This document shows positions 1 to 10,534 of a DNA stretch of 64,000 nt, in pieces. The translations under genes and the position numbers were made by a program. How positions within the stretch are numbered: the first letter of the stretch is position 1; each line of letters starts with the position of its first letter. The notes beneath the pieces were generated by a model. It made no database searches. It was given only the letters and a program-made list of their open reading frames with translations, and was not told the origin of the DNA. The DNA comes from an uncultured Thermococci archaeon (lineage in GTDB: Archaea; Methanobacteriota_B; Thermococci; Methanofastidiosales; B48-G16), in contig CAZQQT010000001.1 of assembly GCA_964595645.1 (NCBI GenBank), positions 239,745-303,744 of the forward strand, given 5' to 3'.

Positions 1-146
1 TATTCCAGGTGAAGTGCAAGGTACTCTCTGGAGGAGATGAAGGGAGAATCCTCACCCGAAATGTGAAGGGACCTGTAGAGACTGGAGATGTACTGATGCT
101 GCGCGAGACAGAGAGAGAAGCACGAGAAATCAAGGCTCCGAGGTGA
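1..146 (+). CDS. rps28e: 30S ribosomal protein S28e, 3' part (5' end outside window)
   Basis: Manual translation from position 3: [47 protein letters not shown]. Has the RNVKGPV...LRETEREAR signature and the conserved position before L24e. Not in the ORF track. Confidence 0.95.
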   Translation, partial: FQVKCKVLSGGDEGRILTRNVKGPVETGDVLMLRETEREAREIKAPR

Positions 147-151
147 TATAG

Positions 152-352
152 ATGCCTAGAACGCGAATTTGTTCATTTTGTGGTAAAGAGATCGAACCTG
201 GAACCGGAAAGATGTATGTAAAGAAAGATGGAACCGTACTTACGTTCTGTTCCTCCAAATGTGAGAAAAACATGATCAAGCTCAATAGAAAACCGCGGAA
301 GGTGGAATGGACAAAAGACTACAGGAAAGAGAAGGAACTGAGGGTGAAATGA
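152..352 (+). CDS. rpl24e: 50S ribosomal protein L24e
   Basis: [13 protein letters not shown]...FCSSKC zinc (TRASH) motif and RKPRKVEWT. Confidence 0.97.
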   Translation: MPRTRICSFCGKEIEPGTGKMYVKKDGTVLTFCSSKCEKNMIKLNRKPRKVEWTKDYRKEKELRVK

Positions 353-353
353 G

Positions 354-797
354 ATGGAACGAACACTGGTGCTTGTTAAACCGGATGGCGTATTACGTGG
401 GCTGATCGGAGAATCTCTGACACGAATCGAACAGAAAAACTTGAAGATCGTGGCAATGAAGATGGTGCAGATCAGTGATGAGATGGCAGAGGAACATTAC
501 AAAGAACACACAGAAAAGCCGTTTTTCGGTGATCTCATTGAGTATATCACTCTTGCGCCAGTAGTTGCCATGGTGGTTGAGGGAAGGAATGCGATACCGA
601 TCATGCGAATACTGGCAGGAAGCACAGACCCAGAAGAGGCAGCACCCGGAAGCATCCGAGGGGATTTTGGGTTCAACACACCAAAGTATATGTGCAACGT
701 TGTCCACGCATCGGACTCTCCTGCCTCGGCAAAACGGGAGATAGATCTGTTCTTTGACGAGGAAGAGATTCTCGAGCATGAAAGTATTGTGATCTGA
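354..797 (+). CDS. ndk: Nucleoside diphosphate kinase
   Basis: ERTLVLVKPDG, PGSIRGDF and NVVHASDS (catalytic His). Confidence 0.97.
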   Translation: MERTLVLVKPDGVLRGLIGESLTRIEQKNLKIVAMKMVQISDEMAEEHYKEHTEKPFFGDLIEYITLAPVVAMVVEGRNAIPIMRILAGSTDPEEAAPGSIRGDFGFNTPKYMCNVVHASDSPASAKREIDLFFDEEEILEHESIVI

Positions 798-2566
798 TGG
801 TTACCCGTCAGCCTATTATCTCTGTACTGGGTCATGTAGATCATGGAAAAACGACACTGTTAGATAACATTAGGGGTACGGCAGTTGCTGGAGGCGAGGC
901 CGGTGGAATCACACAGCATATTGGTGCCACCGAAGTACCAATGGAATCAATAAAGGAGATATGTGGGGAACTTTTAGAAGATTCTGCACTGAAAATTCCT
1001 GGGATCTTATTCATTGATACACCAGGTCACGAAGCATTTACCACACTGCGGTCCAGAGGAGGAAGTCTTGCAGATCTCGCCGTGCTTGTGATCGATATAA
1101 ACGAAGGAATACAGCCGCAGACCATGGAGTCCATTGATATTCTGAAGAATTTTAAAGTTCCATTTATTATCATTGCGAATAAAATAGATCTCGCTGGGAG
1201 ATTCAGGGTGAAGAAGGAGAAAAAACGATACACGTTTTCTGAGGCGTATGAGGATCAGAATGAACAGATGAAGGAGATACTGGATAATAAGATCTGGAAA
1301 CTGGTAGGAGATCTGTACGAACATGAATTTGAGGCGGATCGATTTGACAGAGTAAAGAATTTTAGAAAGAAGATAGCAATCGTTCCCTGTTCGGCCAAGT
1401 ATGGGATAGGTGTTTCAGAGGTCATGATGCTCATAGCCGGTCTTTCTCAGCGCTTTTTAGAGAAAAAATTAAATATTGATGTAGAAGATCCTGCCAAAGG
1501 GAATGTTCTTGAGGTAAAGGAGGAAGTAGGGCTCGGCACTACTATCGATGTGATCGTATACGATGGAACACTGAATGCCAGCGATACCATTGTGCTCGGA
1601 GGAAAAAATGATGTAATTATCACGAATATCCGAAGCCTCCTGAAACCGAAGCCCTTAGATGAAATACGAGATCCGAAGTTCCGGTTTGAACAGGTGCAGA
1701 GTGTCACGGCAGCGGCGGGTATAAAAATCTCAGCGCCGAACCTCGAAGAGGCACTCGCAGGATCACCACTATACGCAACGGATGGAGATGTAGAAACAGT
1801 TGCTGGGGAAGTGAGGAAGGAGATAGGGCGGATGAAGATCAGTACGGAACAGACGGGAATTATTCTGAAGGCGGACACTCTCGGCAGTCTTGAAGCACTG
1901 GTGAAAACGTTTAGATCCAAGGATTTTGCCATCAGAAAAGCGGATGTCGGCGATGTGAACAAGCTCGATGTAACGGAAGCCCTCTCAGTAAAGGAGAAGG
2001 ATATGTATAAAGGAGTAATTGTCGCGTTCAATGTGGATGTTCTTGAAGGTGCGAGGGAGACGGCAGAAAATAAGAGAGTGACAATATTTGAGGACAATGT
2101 CATCTATAAAATAATTGAAGATTATGAGGAATGGGTAAAAAAGAAAAAGGAAGAAGAGAAACGCAAACGACTGGCAGGCGTTGTAAGACCCGGGAAGATC
2201 GAAATATTACGAGATTTTGTATTTCGTGTTTCTAAACCGGCAATTGTAGGTGTAAGGGTCTTTGCTGGAGAAATAAGACCCGATTTGGGCCTTATTAAAG
2301 AGAATGGAGAATTTGGTGGAAATATAAAATCAATAAAGACACAGGATGATTTCCTGAAATCCGCGAAAGAGGGTGAGGAAGTTGCTGTGGCCCTCACTGG
2401 CGTGACTGTGGGGCGGCAGATAAAAGAAGGGGAAGTTTTATATGTTGATGTACCCGAAAGCAGTGTGAGAAAAATGGATGAATTGGAACTCGATGTGTCT
2501 GAGAAGGACACACTGGAAGAATTTTTAAAGATTAAACGAAAAGAAAATAGTTTATGGGGCGTATAA
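797..2566 (+). CDS. infB: Translation initiation factor aIF5B (IF-2)
   Basis: [41 protein letters not shown]. No intein. Confidence 0.97.
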   Translation: MVTRQPIISVLGHVDHGKTTLLDNIRGTAVAGGEAGGITQHIGATEVPMESIKEICGELLEDSALKIPGILFIDTPGHEAFTTLRSRGGSLADLAVLVIDINEGIQPQTMESIDILKNFKVPFIIIANKIDLAGRFRVKKEKKRYTFSEAYEDQNEQMKEILDNKIWKLVGDLYEHEFEADRFDRVKNFRKKIAIVPCSAKYGIGVSEVMMLIAGLSQRFLEKKLNIDVEDPAKGNVLEVKEEVGLGTTIDVIVYDGTLNASDTIVLGGKNDVIITNIRSLLKPKPLDEIRDPKFRFEQVQSVTAAAGIKISAPNLEEALAGSPLYATDGDVETVAGEVRKEIGRMKISTEQTGIILKADTLGSLEALVKTFRSKDFAIRKADVGDVNKLDVTEALSVKEKDMYKGVIVAFNVDVLEGARETAENKRVTIFEDNVIYKIIEDYEEWVKKKKEEEKRKRLAGVVRPGKIEILRDFVFRVSKPAIVGVRVFAGEIRPDLGLIKENGEFGGNIKSIKTQDDFLKSAKEGEEVAVALTGVTVGRQIKEGEVLYVDVPESSVRKMDELELDVSEKDTLEEFLKIKRKENSLWGV

Positions 2567-2567
2567 T

Positions 2568-3311
2568 ATGGAAGTGAAAGTAGTAGTATCATATCCTGAC
2601 GGAAGAAGCGAACAAAAAGAGTTGCGAGACGAGAAAGCTAACTCATTACTCGGTAAAAAGATTGGAGATATCATTGAAGGAGGAATACTCGACGTACAGG
2701 GCGATCTTATGATCACAGGAGGAAGTGATAGAGACGGTTTCGCTATGAAAAAAGATATCGATGGACCAGTGAGAAGAAAGGTCCTTCTCTCTGGAGGCGT
2801 TGGATTTAATCCGACACGAGATGGAGAACGGCGAAAGAAACGAGTGCGTGGAAACATGATCACCACCGAGACAATTCAAGTCAACACAAAGGTTATTGAA
2901 CAGCCCACAGAGAAGAAGGAGAAGCCAAAAAAAGAAAAGCCAAAGAAAAAGAAACGTGAAAAAGAGAAACCAAAGAAAGAAAAGAAGAAGCCAGAAGAAG
3001 AGATAAAGGAAGAAGAAAAACCCGGGGAACCCGAAAAACCAGAGAAACCTGAACCTGAACTTGAGAAGGAAGAAGAAGCTGCAGAGCCAGAAAAAGAACC
3101 AGAACCAGAGGAAGAAAAAGTCGAAAAAGGACCAGCGACGCCTCTCACCGATGTGAAGGGTATAGGGAAGAAGAGAGCTGAAAAATTTGAGCAAGCCGGG
3201 ATTAGAAGTGCAGAAGAGCTTTTATCAATGGAAACAAGTGAACTGATAGAAAAAACAGGCCTCTCGGAGAAAATGATAGAGAAGTTCAAAAAGAGAATAG
3301 AGGAGAAGTGA
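2568..3311 (+). CDS. rps6e: 30S ribosomal protein S6e with C-terminal K/E/P-rich linker and helix-hairpin-helix domain
   Basis: The first ~110 aa carry [10 protein letters not shown] and [11 protein letters not shown] (S6e). The C-terminal [20 protein letters not shown]...TGLSEK is HhH-like. Syntenic between infB and aIF2-gamma. Confidence 0.92.
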   Translation: MEVKVVVSYPDGRSEQKELRDEKANSLLGKKIGDIIEGGILDVQGDLMITGGSDRDGFAMKKDIDGPVRRKVLLSGGVGFNPTRDGERRKKRVRGNMITTETIQVNTKVIEQPTEKKEKPKKEKPKKKKREKEKPKKEKKKPEEEIKEEEKPGEPEKPEKPEPELEKEEEAAEPEKEPEPEEEKVEKGPATPLTDVKGIGKKRAEKFEQAGIRSAEELLSMETSELIEKTGLSEKMIEKFKKRIEEK

Positions 3312-3318
3312 TCCATCG

Positions 3319-4536
3319 ATGGAACCAAAACAGGCAGAGATAAACATTGGAATGATAGGGCATGTAGATCATGGAAAAACGACATTGACAAAGGCACTTT
3401 CTGGCGTATGGACGGATAAACACTCGGAAGAGCTAAGAAGGGGTATCACCATACGATTGGGATATGCGGATACAATCTTCAGGAAATGTACTGCGCGTGA
3501 TAAGTACACCGTAGAGAAAACATGTCCAGAGTGTGGAGATGAGACAGAAGTATTACGAAAAGTCTCCTTTGTAGATGCTCCCGGTCATGAGACCCTGATG
3601 GCGACAATGCTCACAGGAGCGGCATTGGTTGATGGCGCTGTCTTGGTCATCGCTGCCAACGAGCCGTGCCCACAACCGCAGACCAAGGAGCATCTGATGG
3701 GTCTTGATATCATTGGCGTAGAGAACATTGTTATCGCTCAGAACAAGATAGAACTTGTATCGAAGGAACGGGTCAAAGAAAGCTACGAAGAGATAAAACA
3801 CTTTGTACAAGGAACGGTGGCAGAAAATGCACCCATCATTCCTATTTCTGCTCAGCATTCCATCAACATCGATGTGCTCATCGAAGCGATAGAGACAAAT
3901 ATTCCCACACCGGACCGGGATGAAACGCTGGACCCCAGAATGTTCATCGCACGATCCTTCGATGTGAACAAACCTGGCACCACGCCCGAGAAGCTTGTGG
4001 GCGGAATTATTGGTGGCAGTTTGAAACAAGGTATCATGCGGATAGGAGATGAGATGGAGATACGACCCGGTAGATCGGTAAAAGAGCGCAATAAGGTAGT
4101 GTACAAAGATCTGCATTCCGAGATCGTTTCTCTGGATACTATGGGTGTGCAACTGGACGAGGCATGGCCTGGAGGTCTCATCGGTATCGGTACAAAACTC
4201 GATCCCTCGCTCACGAAGGCGGACGCTTTGGCCGGCAGCGTCGCAGGGAAACCGGGAACACTCCCTCCTTTGTTGCATGAATTCGATCTCAAGGCGCATC
4301 TGCTGGAGCGGGTTGTTGGCTCGGAAAAGGAGCTGGATGTTACACCTATCAAACGGAAAGAAATGCTCATGCTCAATGTCGGAACGGGGAAGACAGTGGG
4401 GTTTGTGAAGAGTCCTGGAGAACACTGCAACCTTGATCTACGGCTCCCCATCTGTGCAACAAAAGGGGACAGAGTAGCAATAAGCCGGAGAATTGGGACA
4501 CGATGGCGACTGATCGGGTACGGAATCATCGAGTAA
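3319..4536 (+). CDS. eif2g: Translation initiation factor aIF2 gamma subunit
   Basis: [44 protein letters not shown]. Confidence 0.97.
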   Translation: MEPKQAEINIGMIGHVDHGKTTLTKALSGVWTDKHSEELRRGITIRLGYADTIFRKCTARDKYTVEKTCPECGDETEVLRKVSFVDAPGHETLMATMLTGAALVDGAVLVIAANEPCPQPQTKEHLMGLDIIGVENIVIAQNKIELVSKERVKESYEEIKHFVQGTVAENAPIIPISAQHSINIDVLIEAIETNIPTPDRDETLDPRMFIARSFDVNKPGTTPEKLVGGIIGGSLKQGIMRIGDEMEIRPGRSVKERNKVVYKDLHSEIVSLDTMGVQLDEAWPGGLIGIGTKLDPSLTKADALAGSVAGKPGTLPPLLHEFDLKAHLLERVVGSEKELDVTPIKRKEMLMLNVGTGKTVGFVKSPGEHCNLDLRLPICATKGDRVAISRRIGTRWRLIGYGIIE

Positions 4537-4907
4537 CTGTAATTTTTGACACAAATTTTATTCTGAGTTGTGTAAAGTTTGGAATTGACTTTAGTCAAGT
4601 GCATACACTTATTGAAAAATCCCATGAAATAGTAATCCCCTCTAATGTACTTCATGAGTTGAATACCCTCGATCTGAAGGGACAAGATGCGACAGCGAGA
4701 AGAATTGCACTGGATCTTATCGATGAGTATCCTGTTCTCACGCTGGAAGGAAAGGTTGATACCTCCATTCTCACCTTTGCCGAAAATCATGAGTGCGTCG
4801 TCTGCACAAATGACAGAAAGCTGCGTCGATCACTGCGAAAAAAAGGCATACCAACTGTATTCATACGGAAAAGGAAATATCTGGAAATGGACGGTGTTAT
4901 TTTTTAG
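4503..4907 (+). CDS. PIN-domain ribonuclease (Fcf1/Utp24-like)
   Basis: [21 protein letters not shown]. This is the usual archaeal position downstream of aIF2-gamma. Start uncertain. Confidence 0.88.
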   Translation: MATDRVRNHRVTVIFDTNFILSCVKFGIDFSQVHTLIEKSHEIVIPSNVLHELNTLDLKGQDATARRIALDLIDEYPVLTLEGKVDTSILTFAENHECVVCTNDRKLRRSLRKKGIPTVFIRKRKYLEMDGVIF

Positions 4908-5884
4908 TAAACAAGGTTGTACACTCTCCCTACCTCTTCTCCATCATCGGTGATCTTCAACCGCCCAAACTCGAGAAAGTCAAACTCTTCTTTCACGTTG
5001 GTGAAGAGGTATATCTCTTTCCTCTCAAAATCGATACTGATTACTCTTCCTATGCCGATGCATATTTCATCTTTGATGAATCCAGCGATAAGACCCCTTT
5101 CAAATCCCTTTTTTAAAATCGTCATGTTTTTTTGCTTTCCGTACCGTTCAGCAACGACAAAGAACCCTTCGGGGATCTTCTCACACCAGTGTATCTCCGT
5201 CCCTACGTCGTCCTTCACTTTTTCTGGATCGCAGGCTTCTCCAGAGAAAAGAAAGGTGTTTCGTAGCGTGATATCCTCAACAGTATATATCGTGACCTGG
5301 GCGTCCTGCAGATATTTCTTCCACAGGTTCTTCCGAATTGTTCTCCTCTGTTCTCTGGAGGTATACGTCTTGTTGTTCACTGGTTTTCGGACGATGTCGT
5401 AGGTGGGATAGTCTCTGAGGATTCCTTCCAGTTCTTTACCCCGTTGAAATGCAACGATCATATCGGGGGACAGACTCGTGATTTTCGCTCTCTTGAGGCT
5501 TCTCCCATTCCAGAATACTAATCCTGTAGTATCTATCAGTACATACGGCGAGTCTGCACGGGAAGTGAGCTCCAGTAACCCTGCAACCATCTTTGTATGA
5601 TCGTAGGGATATACATCCCCAATAAAGTAGTAATATTCCTCTCCACTGTTATTTTGGAGCCCTAAGCATCCCGGAGGACCTATACTAGATTGTCCCACGT
5701 CACAGTCAATTATAGAAACGTTTTTCCCACTAGCTCGTATTTTTTTCGAAGCATAATGTAAAAAACTCGTTTTTCCTGTGTCAATATACCCAAGAATAAC
5801 TGCTGTACACATATCTTTTTCGAGTATTCGCTCAACTATTTCTTTCCATTCTTCCCGTTCTTCTTTACTCGCCTTACTATCCAT
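4904..5884 (-). CDS. Clp1/Grc3-family polynucleotide 5'-hydroxyl kinase
   Basis: Walker A GYIDTGKTS, DCDVGQSSIGPPG, IDTTG and lid REQRRTIR. Confidence 0.88.
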   Translation of the reverse strand: MDSKASKEEREEWKEIVERILEKDMCTAVILGYIDTGKTSFLHYASKKIRASGKNVSIIDCDVGQSSIGPPGCLGLQNNSGEEYYYFIGDVYPYDHTKMVAGLLELTSRADSPYVLIDTTGLVFWNGRSLKRAKITSLSPDMIVAFQRGKELEGILRDYPTYDIVRKPVNNKTYTSREQRRTIRKNLWKKYLQDAQVTIYTVEDITLRNTFLFSGEACDPEKVKDDVGTEIHWCEKIPEGFFVVAERYGKQKNMTILKKGFERGLIAGFIKDEICIGIGRVISIDFERKEIYLFTNVKEEFDFLEFGRLKITDDGEEVGRVYNLVY

Positions 5885-7041
5885 ACGATCAACCCTACTG
5901 CAACTATACTAACAAATCCGTAGAGGAATATATTTCTTTTGGATATCCATGGGAGGGTGTCTTCTCCCACCACAAGTGAGAGAATGTACCAATGTGAATA
6001 TCCACGATGGTTTTGTATGTACGCAAGTGTGTTTTCTCGGTTGGTGGCGATCCCTACGTCCTCTGCCAAGGTTTCTGCCAGTAACAGTGAGTACTCCCCG
6101 AGCATCGTTTTATTCGGAGTAGCATAGTACATTTTCACGTTTGTCTGTCCCCGTACCTGGGTGAAATCGCATCTGCTTTGGATCTCACCTACGAAACTTT
6201 CCTTCTCGAGTGGAATATTCTGTTCGGTGATGTAGATATCGTAGACGCCTGTGGATGTCTGCATCTCCTCCATCCACTGGACAGCCTTCATTATCGAGTT
6301 TTTGTATTTTTGTGCTTCTGTAATTTGGTAGCACATCCACTCACCGAGTAGTGCCATGGTGACGTAGTGGCAGGAGATATTCCAGCGGGTGGGTATCTTC
6401 AGTGCGTAGCCGTCGTACCATGCTCCGTTCTCGAGCTGCATTCTATACAATGTATCTCCCAGTAACAGAGTATATTCACGGTACTTTCCTTCCTCCCCAA
6501 TGTAATGGACGATACTTCCCAGCCCTACACAGATCATTCCCCAGTCGTTTGGGCAGGAGTAACAGTAGTTTTCCAGGGAGTTTTTCATTTCCCCCTTGTG
6601 CCGTGCATCACTGTTTCTTCTGTCAGGACATTCTACGGGATACACTTTTTTCCATTTTTTTACCTCTTCAATTAAGAAATCTCCTCCTTTTAGTGCAGCA
6701 TTTTTGTACAATTCATTTTCAGTAATTTCATATCCAAGAGAAAGGGCCCAGGTACCCACACCTGTATACAACTTCGGATTCACATTCGGTTCATTTGTGA
6801 TCTCCCCACTTTCTTTTTGCCGCTGTATGATCAAATCCAGACATTTTCTACTCTTTTCGAGGATTTCAGCATCATTATTTTCCTGATAGAGATGTAGGAA
6901 GAAGAGTCCTTCGTAACAAAGCGTGATTGTATCGTCCTGTGTGAGATCGCGGTTGTGGAGGTACTGTTCGTACACATGTTCCGCGTCCTGAAGAGATAAT
7001 GGGGCTCCCAGTACGAGAACTATCAACAACCACTCCTTCAT
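5836..7041 (-). CDS. Secreted, C-terminally membrane-anchored protein, probable (alpha/alpha)-toroid
   Basis: N-terminal signal peptide. QxxxGxW-like repeats (QKESGEI, QLENGAW, QTSTGVY). C-terminal TM helix plus basic tail. Confidence 0.6.
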   Translation of the reverse strand: MKEWLLIVLVLGAPLSLQDAEHVYEQYLHNRDLTQDDTITLCYEGLFFLHLYQENNDAEILEKSRKCLDLIIQRQKESGEITNEPNVNPKLYTGVGTWALSLGYEITENELYKNAALKGGDFLIEEVKKWKKVYPVECPDRRNSDARHKGEMKNSLENYCYSCPNDWGMICVGLGSIVHYIGEEGKYREYTLLLGDTLYRMQLENGAWYDGYALKIPTRWNISCHYVTMALLGEWMCYQITEAQKYKNSIMKAVQWMEEMQTSTGVYDIYITEQNIPLEKESFVGEIQSRCDFTQVRGQTNVKMYYATPNKTMLGEYSLLLAETLAEDVGIATNRENTLAYIQNHRGYSHWYILSLVVGEDTLPWISKRNIFLYGFVSIVAVGLIVWIVRRVKKNGKNGKK

Positions 7042-7045
7042 ATCT

Positions 7046-7771
7046 TCACTCTATGCTCTTATGTTTAAATATTATCGTGGAGAGGGACAGCATCACGATA
7101 CAGGTGCCGATGAGAGCAGTTAGTGCGTAGGCAATGCTCGAGGGATTGGCCATCATCTGTATTTCTCCATAATCTACCGTATGGTATGTGATAGATTGCA
7201 GATAGTGGGTCACAGTAATTTTGGAGATCCGTTCGGAGAGAGCCGGCGCCAGCATTTCCCATATAAACGCAAAGAAAAGCCCGAACATTAAGGGCCGGGA
7301 AATCACGATGCTCACGAGGAAGTACACCGCACCGTACGTTGCGATGGCCATGAGCAGTATGAGGATATACGAAAAAAAGATGCGAAAGGGTATCGGTTCT
7401 GGAGCGTAAAGTCTTAATGCTGCGAACATACTTATGAGCGGCACCAAAAACACCATGAACGTCGATACAAGGTAGCCCAAGTACTTTTCCGCCACGATCC
7501 TCGTCCTCTGGATACGTGTGATCAAAAATACAATTTTTCCAGACTGTATATCATCGTTGACGAGAGAGGTCGCGAATATCAGCGTTACAAAGAGCACAAA
7601 AAGTTGGAGATACAACCTATACGTAATATCTGAGAATACTTCAGTTCCATTTTCTCCTCTGTATATAGAGTATATACCAAGAACAAGTGGTAAAAAGAGG
7701 AAAAACTCAAGAATATACGCTTTTCTGCTTTTATATATTTGTTTCAAAGTCAAAAGACTCGCATCAAGCAT
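7046..7771 (-). CDS. ABC-2 type exporter permease
   Basis: About 6 hydrophobic segments and a DIQSGKIVFLITR...EKYLG motif. In an operon with two ABC ATPases. Confidence 0.85.
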   Translation of the reverse strand: MLDASLLTLKQIYKSRKAYILEFFLFLPLVLGIYSIYRGENGTEVFSDITYRLYLQLFVLFVTLIFATSLVNDDIQSGKIVFLITRIQRTRIVAEKYLGYLVSTFMVFLVPLISMFAALRLYAPEPIPFRIFFSYILILLMAIATYGAVYFLVSIVISRPLMFGLFFAFIWEMLAPALSERISKITVTHYLQSITYHTVDYGEIQMMANPSSIAYALTALIGTCIVMLSLSTIIFKHKSIE

Positions 7772-7775
7772 TTTT

Positions 7776-8678
7776 TCACCTCACCAGATATCTAAAGACG
7801 GACTCTAGGTTATCATCGGGGGAGCTGAGATGTGTGATCTCTATATCATTCGCTATGAGAATTTTTGGGAACTCTGTGTAGAATGTGTCCGGGTCCGAGG
7901 TTTTTGAGAGCACACCTCTCTTGATAATCTCTGCAGATTCAACGAAGTCATATCCTATCAGTATTTTTGCTAGTTTTCGCTTATCCTTTGTTAGAAGCTT
8001 TACAGAGTGCGGAAATTTATCCATTGCCTCACGGATTTCGTGGATCTTTCCCTCTGCTAGAACTCTCCCCTTGTGTATGAGAAGCACTTTCTCGGCCATT
8101 CGTTCAACTTCATGAAGCACATGGGAGGAGATAATAATATTTTTGCCTTTTTCTGCCAAACGGGTTACTATTTCCATTATTTTTACTCTCGTTATCGGAT
8201 CAGCTCCTGTTAAAGGTTCATCCAAAAATAAAAGCTCCGGGTCATGCAACAGTGTTTGCGCAACTTTTAGTTTCTGCCGCATACCTTTACTGTATCCTGC
8301 TATTACTCTGTTTCTTGCCCCCCAGAGATCTACTTCTTTTAGAGCTTCATTTACTCTTTCAACTTTTTTTATGTCGTTTAATCTAGCCATCGTTCTTAAA
8401 AACTCATATCCAGTCATAAATGGGTAGAATAAATCCTTTTCTGGACAATATCCTATTTTTTTCTTTAGTTCTGGATTGTCCCACGCATTCATTCCCAAAA
8501 TCGAAATTTTCCCCTTACTTTCTTTTGTTAAGCCTACAGCTATCCTGAGGAATGTGGATTTTCCTGCGCCGTTAGGACCAAGAAGTCCTGTGATGCCATT
8601 TTCTACAGTAATTGTTATATCGTTTAGTGCGAGGACAGTTCCGTACCATTTACTGAGGTGTTCTGTTTCTATGATCAT
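7776..8678 (-). CDS. ABC transporter ATP-binding protein
   Basis: GPNGAGKST, YSKGMRQK, FLDEP, SSH. Start moved to ATG 8678, which overlaps the upstream stop (ATGA). Confidence 0.93.
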   Translation of the reverse strand: MIIETEHLSKWYGTVLALNDITITVENGITGLLGPNGAGKSTFLRIAVGLTKESKGKISILGMNAWDNPELKKKIGYCPEKDLFYPFMTGYEFLRTMARLNDIKKVERVNEALKEVDLWGARNRVIAGYSKGMRQKLKVAQTLLHDPELLFLDEPLTGADPITRVKIMEIVTRLAEKGKNIIISSHVLHEVERMAEKVLLIHKGRVLAEGKIHEIREAMDKFPHSVKLLTKDKRKLAKILIGYDFVESAEIIKRGVLSKTSDPDTFYTEFPKILIANDIEITHLSSPDDNLESVFRYLVR

Positions 8679-9526
8679 TCGCTCAACTCCATTTTTCTCA
8701 GTTTTAGATAGGTAAAACCTCCTAAGAGAATTGTTAGCCCTACAATTATCCCAAAGGAATAGTACCACGGTATTATCTCTCCCTCCATTGCTCCTATTTC
8801 TTGGGGTTGGAGTCTGAAAATGATCCCTATTATATGTTGTGCATCCTTGAGAAGGGAAATTAAAACTGCCCATTTAATCTCACTCGAGACATATAGAATT
8901 GCTGCTACTGCATCACTTCCAAGGATGAGGCCAAAAAATGAAGCACCTGCATACTTATTGTTTCCAGTAAGGGAGGATAAAAAGAGGATAAGGATACTGA
9001 AAAATGCAGTGAGTACGAAGGAACTGAGTATGCAGGAACCCCAAACCCATAGCGTGCTCTGTATCTCGCTATCCAGCGTAAGTGTCAGGGACCAGTACAT
9101 AACGGTGGAGGGGACAACAGTTATCAGCGATAGAAGTGCAACTATGATTCCCAGCTTGCCCAAAATGTAATCTATCTTCTTCAGTGGACTCGAGTAGTAA
9201 AGTGTTATACTCTTGTTTTTTATGTCCTCCGATATTAACGAGGAGCCTGCAACAGCTGTAAATAAAATAATCAATAGGAGCTGAAATGAAAAATAATTTG
9301 TATAAAAGGATCCTGGATTTTGAAATCCCTCTTGTATTGTACCAGACATGGCGACTGAGAGTACAATAAAAAATATAGCAGGTATCCATCCCAGTATCAG
9401 ACAAACTTTCACCCAGTTGTTGCTCCAGGCTCTTTTTACTCCAAAGAGTATCATACCCCAAACTTTATATGGCCTCTTTCTGTACGTTCCTTTCCATTTC
9501 TTGTACTCTTGTGTATATATGGCCAT
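8675..9526 (-). CDS. ABC-2 type exporter permease
   Basis: Multiple TM helices and ISEDIKNKSITLYYSSPL...YILGK. Confidence 0.85.
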   Translation of the reverse strand: MAIYTQEYKKWKGTYRKRPYKVWGMILFGVKRAWSNNWVKVCLILGWIPAIFFIVLSVAMSGTIQEGFQNPGSFYTNYFSFQLLLIILFTAVAGSSLISEDIKNKSITLYYSSPLKKIDYILGKLGIIVALLSLITVVPSTVMYWSLTLTLDSEIQSTLWVWGSCILSSFVLTAFFSILILFLSSLTGNNKYAGASFFGLILGSDAVAAILYVSSEIKWAVLISLLKDAQHIIGIIFRLQPQEIGAMEGEIIPWYYSFGIIVGLTILLGGFTYLKLRKMELSE

Positions 9527-10435
9527 TCAATCACCCAAAAGACTTACAAAGAGTTCTTCTAGCGAGTTTCTGGCATTTGATATATACCTAATTTGAATAT
9601 TGTATTTAGCTGCATTTTTGAATATATCTGAGTAAATAGTGTCGGGATATCTCTCTATTTTCACTGTATTTCCAAGGATTTCATAATCGCAGTCTAAATC
9701 ATTCAGTAGCATTTCAGGATTTTTTTTAACCCTCACTTCAACTCTCCCTTCGTCTTCTAGAAGTCCAGTAATATCTCCTTCAACTACAAGCTTTCCCTTA
9801 TTCATAAGAACAACATTTTCACATACTTTTTCTACGTCAGGAAGTATATGGGATGAAAGTAAGATGTCTTTGCCCTTGGAAGATATATCCTTTATAATAG
9901 TGAGCATTTCGTCTCTACCGAGGGGATCCATCCCATTTGTCGGTTCATCCAGAAATAGAACTTGGGGATCATGAACGAGAGCTTGTGCGAGCTTTATACG
10001 TTGTTTCATCCCTGAAGAGTATTCTCCTATATTCCTATATCGTTCTTCCTCGATTCCTGCATAGTAGAGAGTTTCATGGGCCCGTTGGAGTGCATCACTC
10101 CGAGGTAGACCGCGTATAATTCCCATCTGCGTTACAAAATCAACACCATCCATATTCTCAATGAGGCAGTCATGTTCGGGCATATATCCTATTTTTTCTC
10201 GTATTTTGATATCTTCCTTTTTTATGTCGTAGTTCAACACTTTGGCTTCTCCAGTTGATAGGCTTATTAGACCCAGGAGTACGCGGATAAGTGTGGACTT
10301 TCCTGCGCCGTTAGGACCAAGAAGTCCCGTAGTGCCCTCTTTCACTCGTATCGATAGATTTTCTACAGCAGGTATTTCATTATAGTATTTTGAAAGGCCT
10401 TCTGTTTCAATTATCACACTCAGCAACCCCATCAT
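9527..10435 (-). CDS. ABC transporter ATP-binding protein
   Basis: GPNGAGKST, YSSGMKQR, FLDEPT, SSH. Confidence 0.93.
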   Translation of the reverse strand: MMGLLSVIIETEGLSKYYNEIPAVENLSIRVKEGTTGLLGPNGAGKSTLIRVLLGLISLSTGEAKVLNYDIKKEDIKIREKIGYMPEHDCLIENMDGVDFVTQMGIIRGLPRSDALQRAHETLYYAGIEEERYRNIGEYSSGMKQRIKLAQALVHDPQVLFLDEPTNGMDPLGRDEMLTIIKDISSKGKDILLSSHILPDVEKVCENVVLMNKGKLVVEGDITGLLEDEGRVEVRVKKNPEMLLNDLDCDYEILGNTVKIERYPDTIYSDIFKNAAKYNIQIRYISNARNSLEELFVSLLGD

Positions 10436-10534
10436 ATTTAACGTTTATACATATATAAAAATTGATCGTCTCTTTATAAATGTTATGACTGATTTCACTG
10501 TCACTTATATAAAGTATCGCAAAAGAAGCATTGT

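Noticed and set aside
797-2566. Intein in aIF5B
   Set aside because: The length (589 aa) is normal and the GTPase motifs are contiguous.
3553-4790. Long antisense ORFs (290 and 312 aa), and similar ones at 18853-19668, 30669-31517 and 38153-38941
   Set aside because: They lie opposite well-supported genes and have no motifs, so they are shadows of codon bias.
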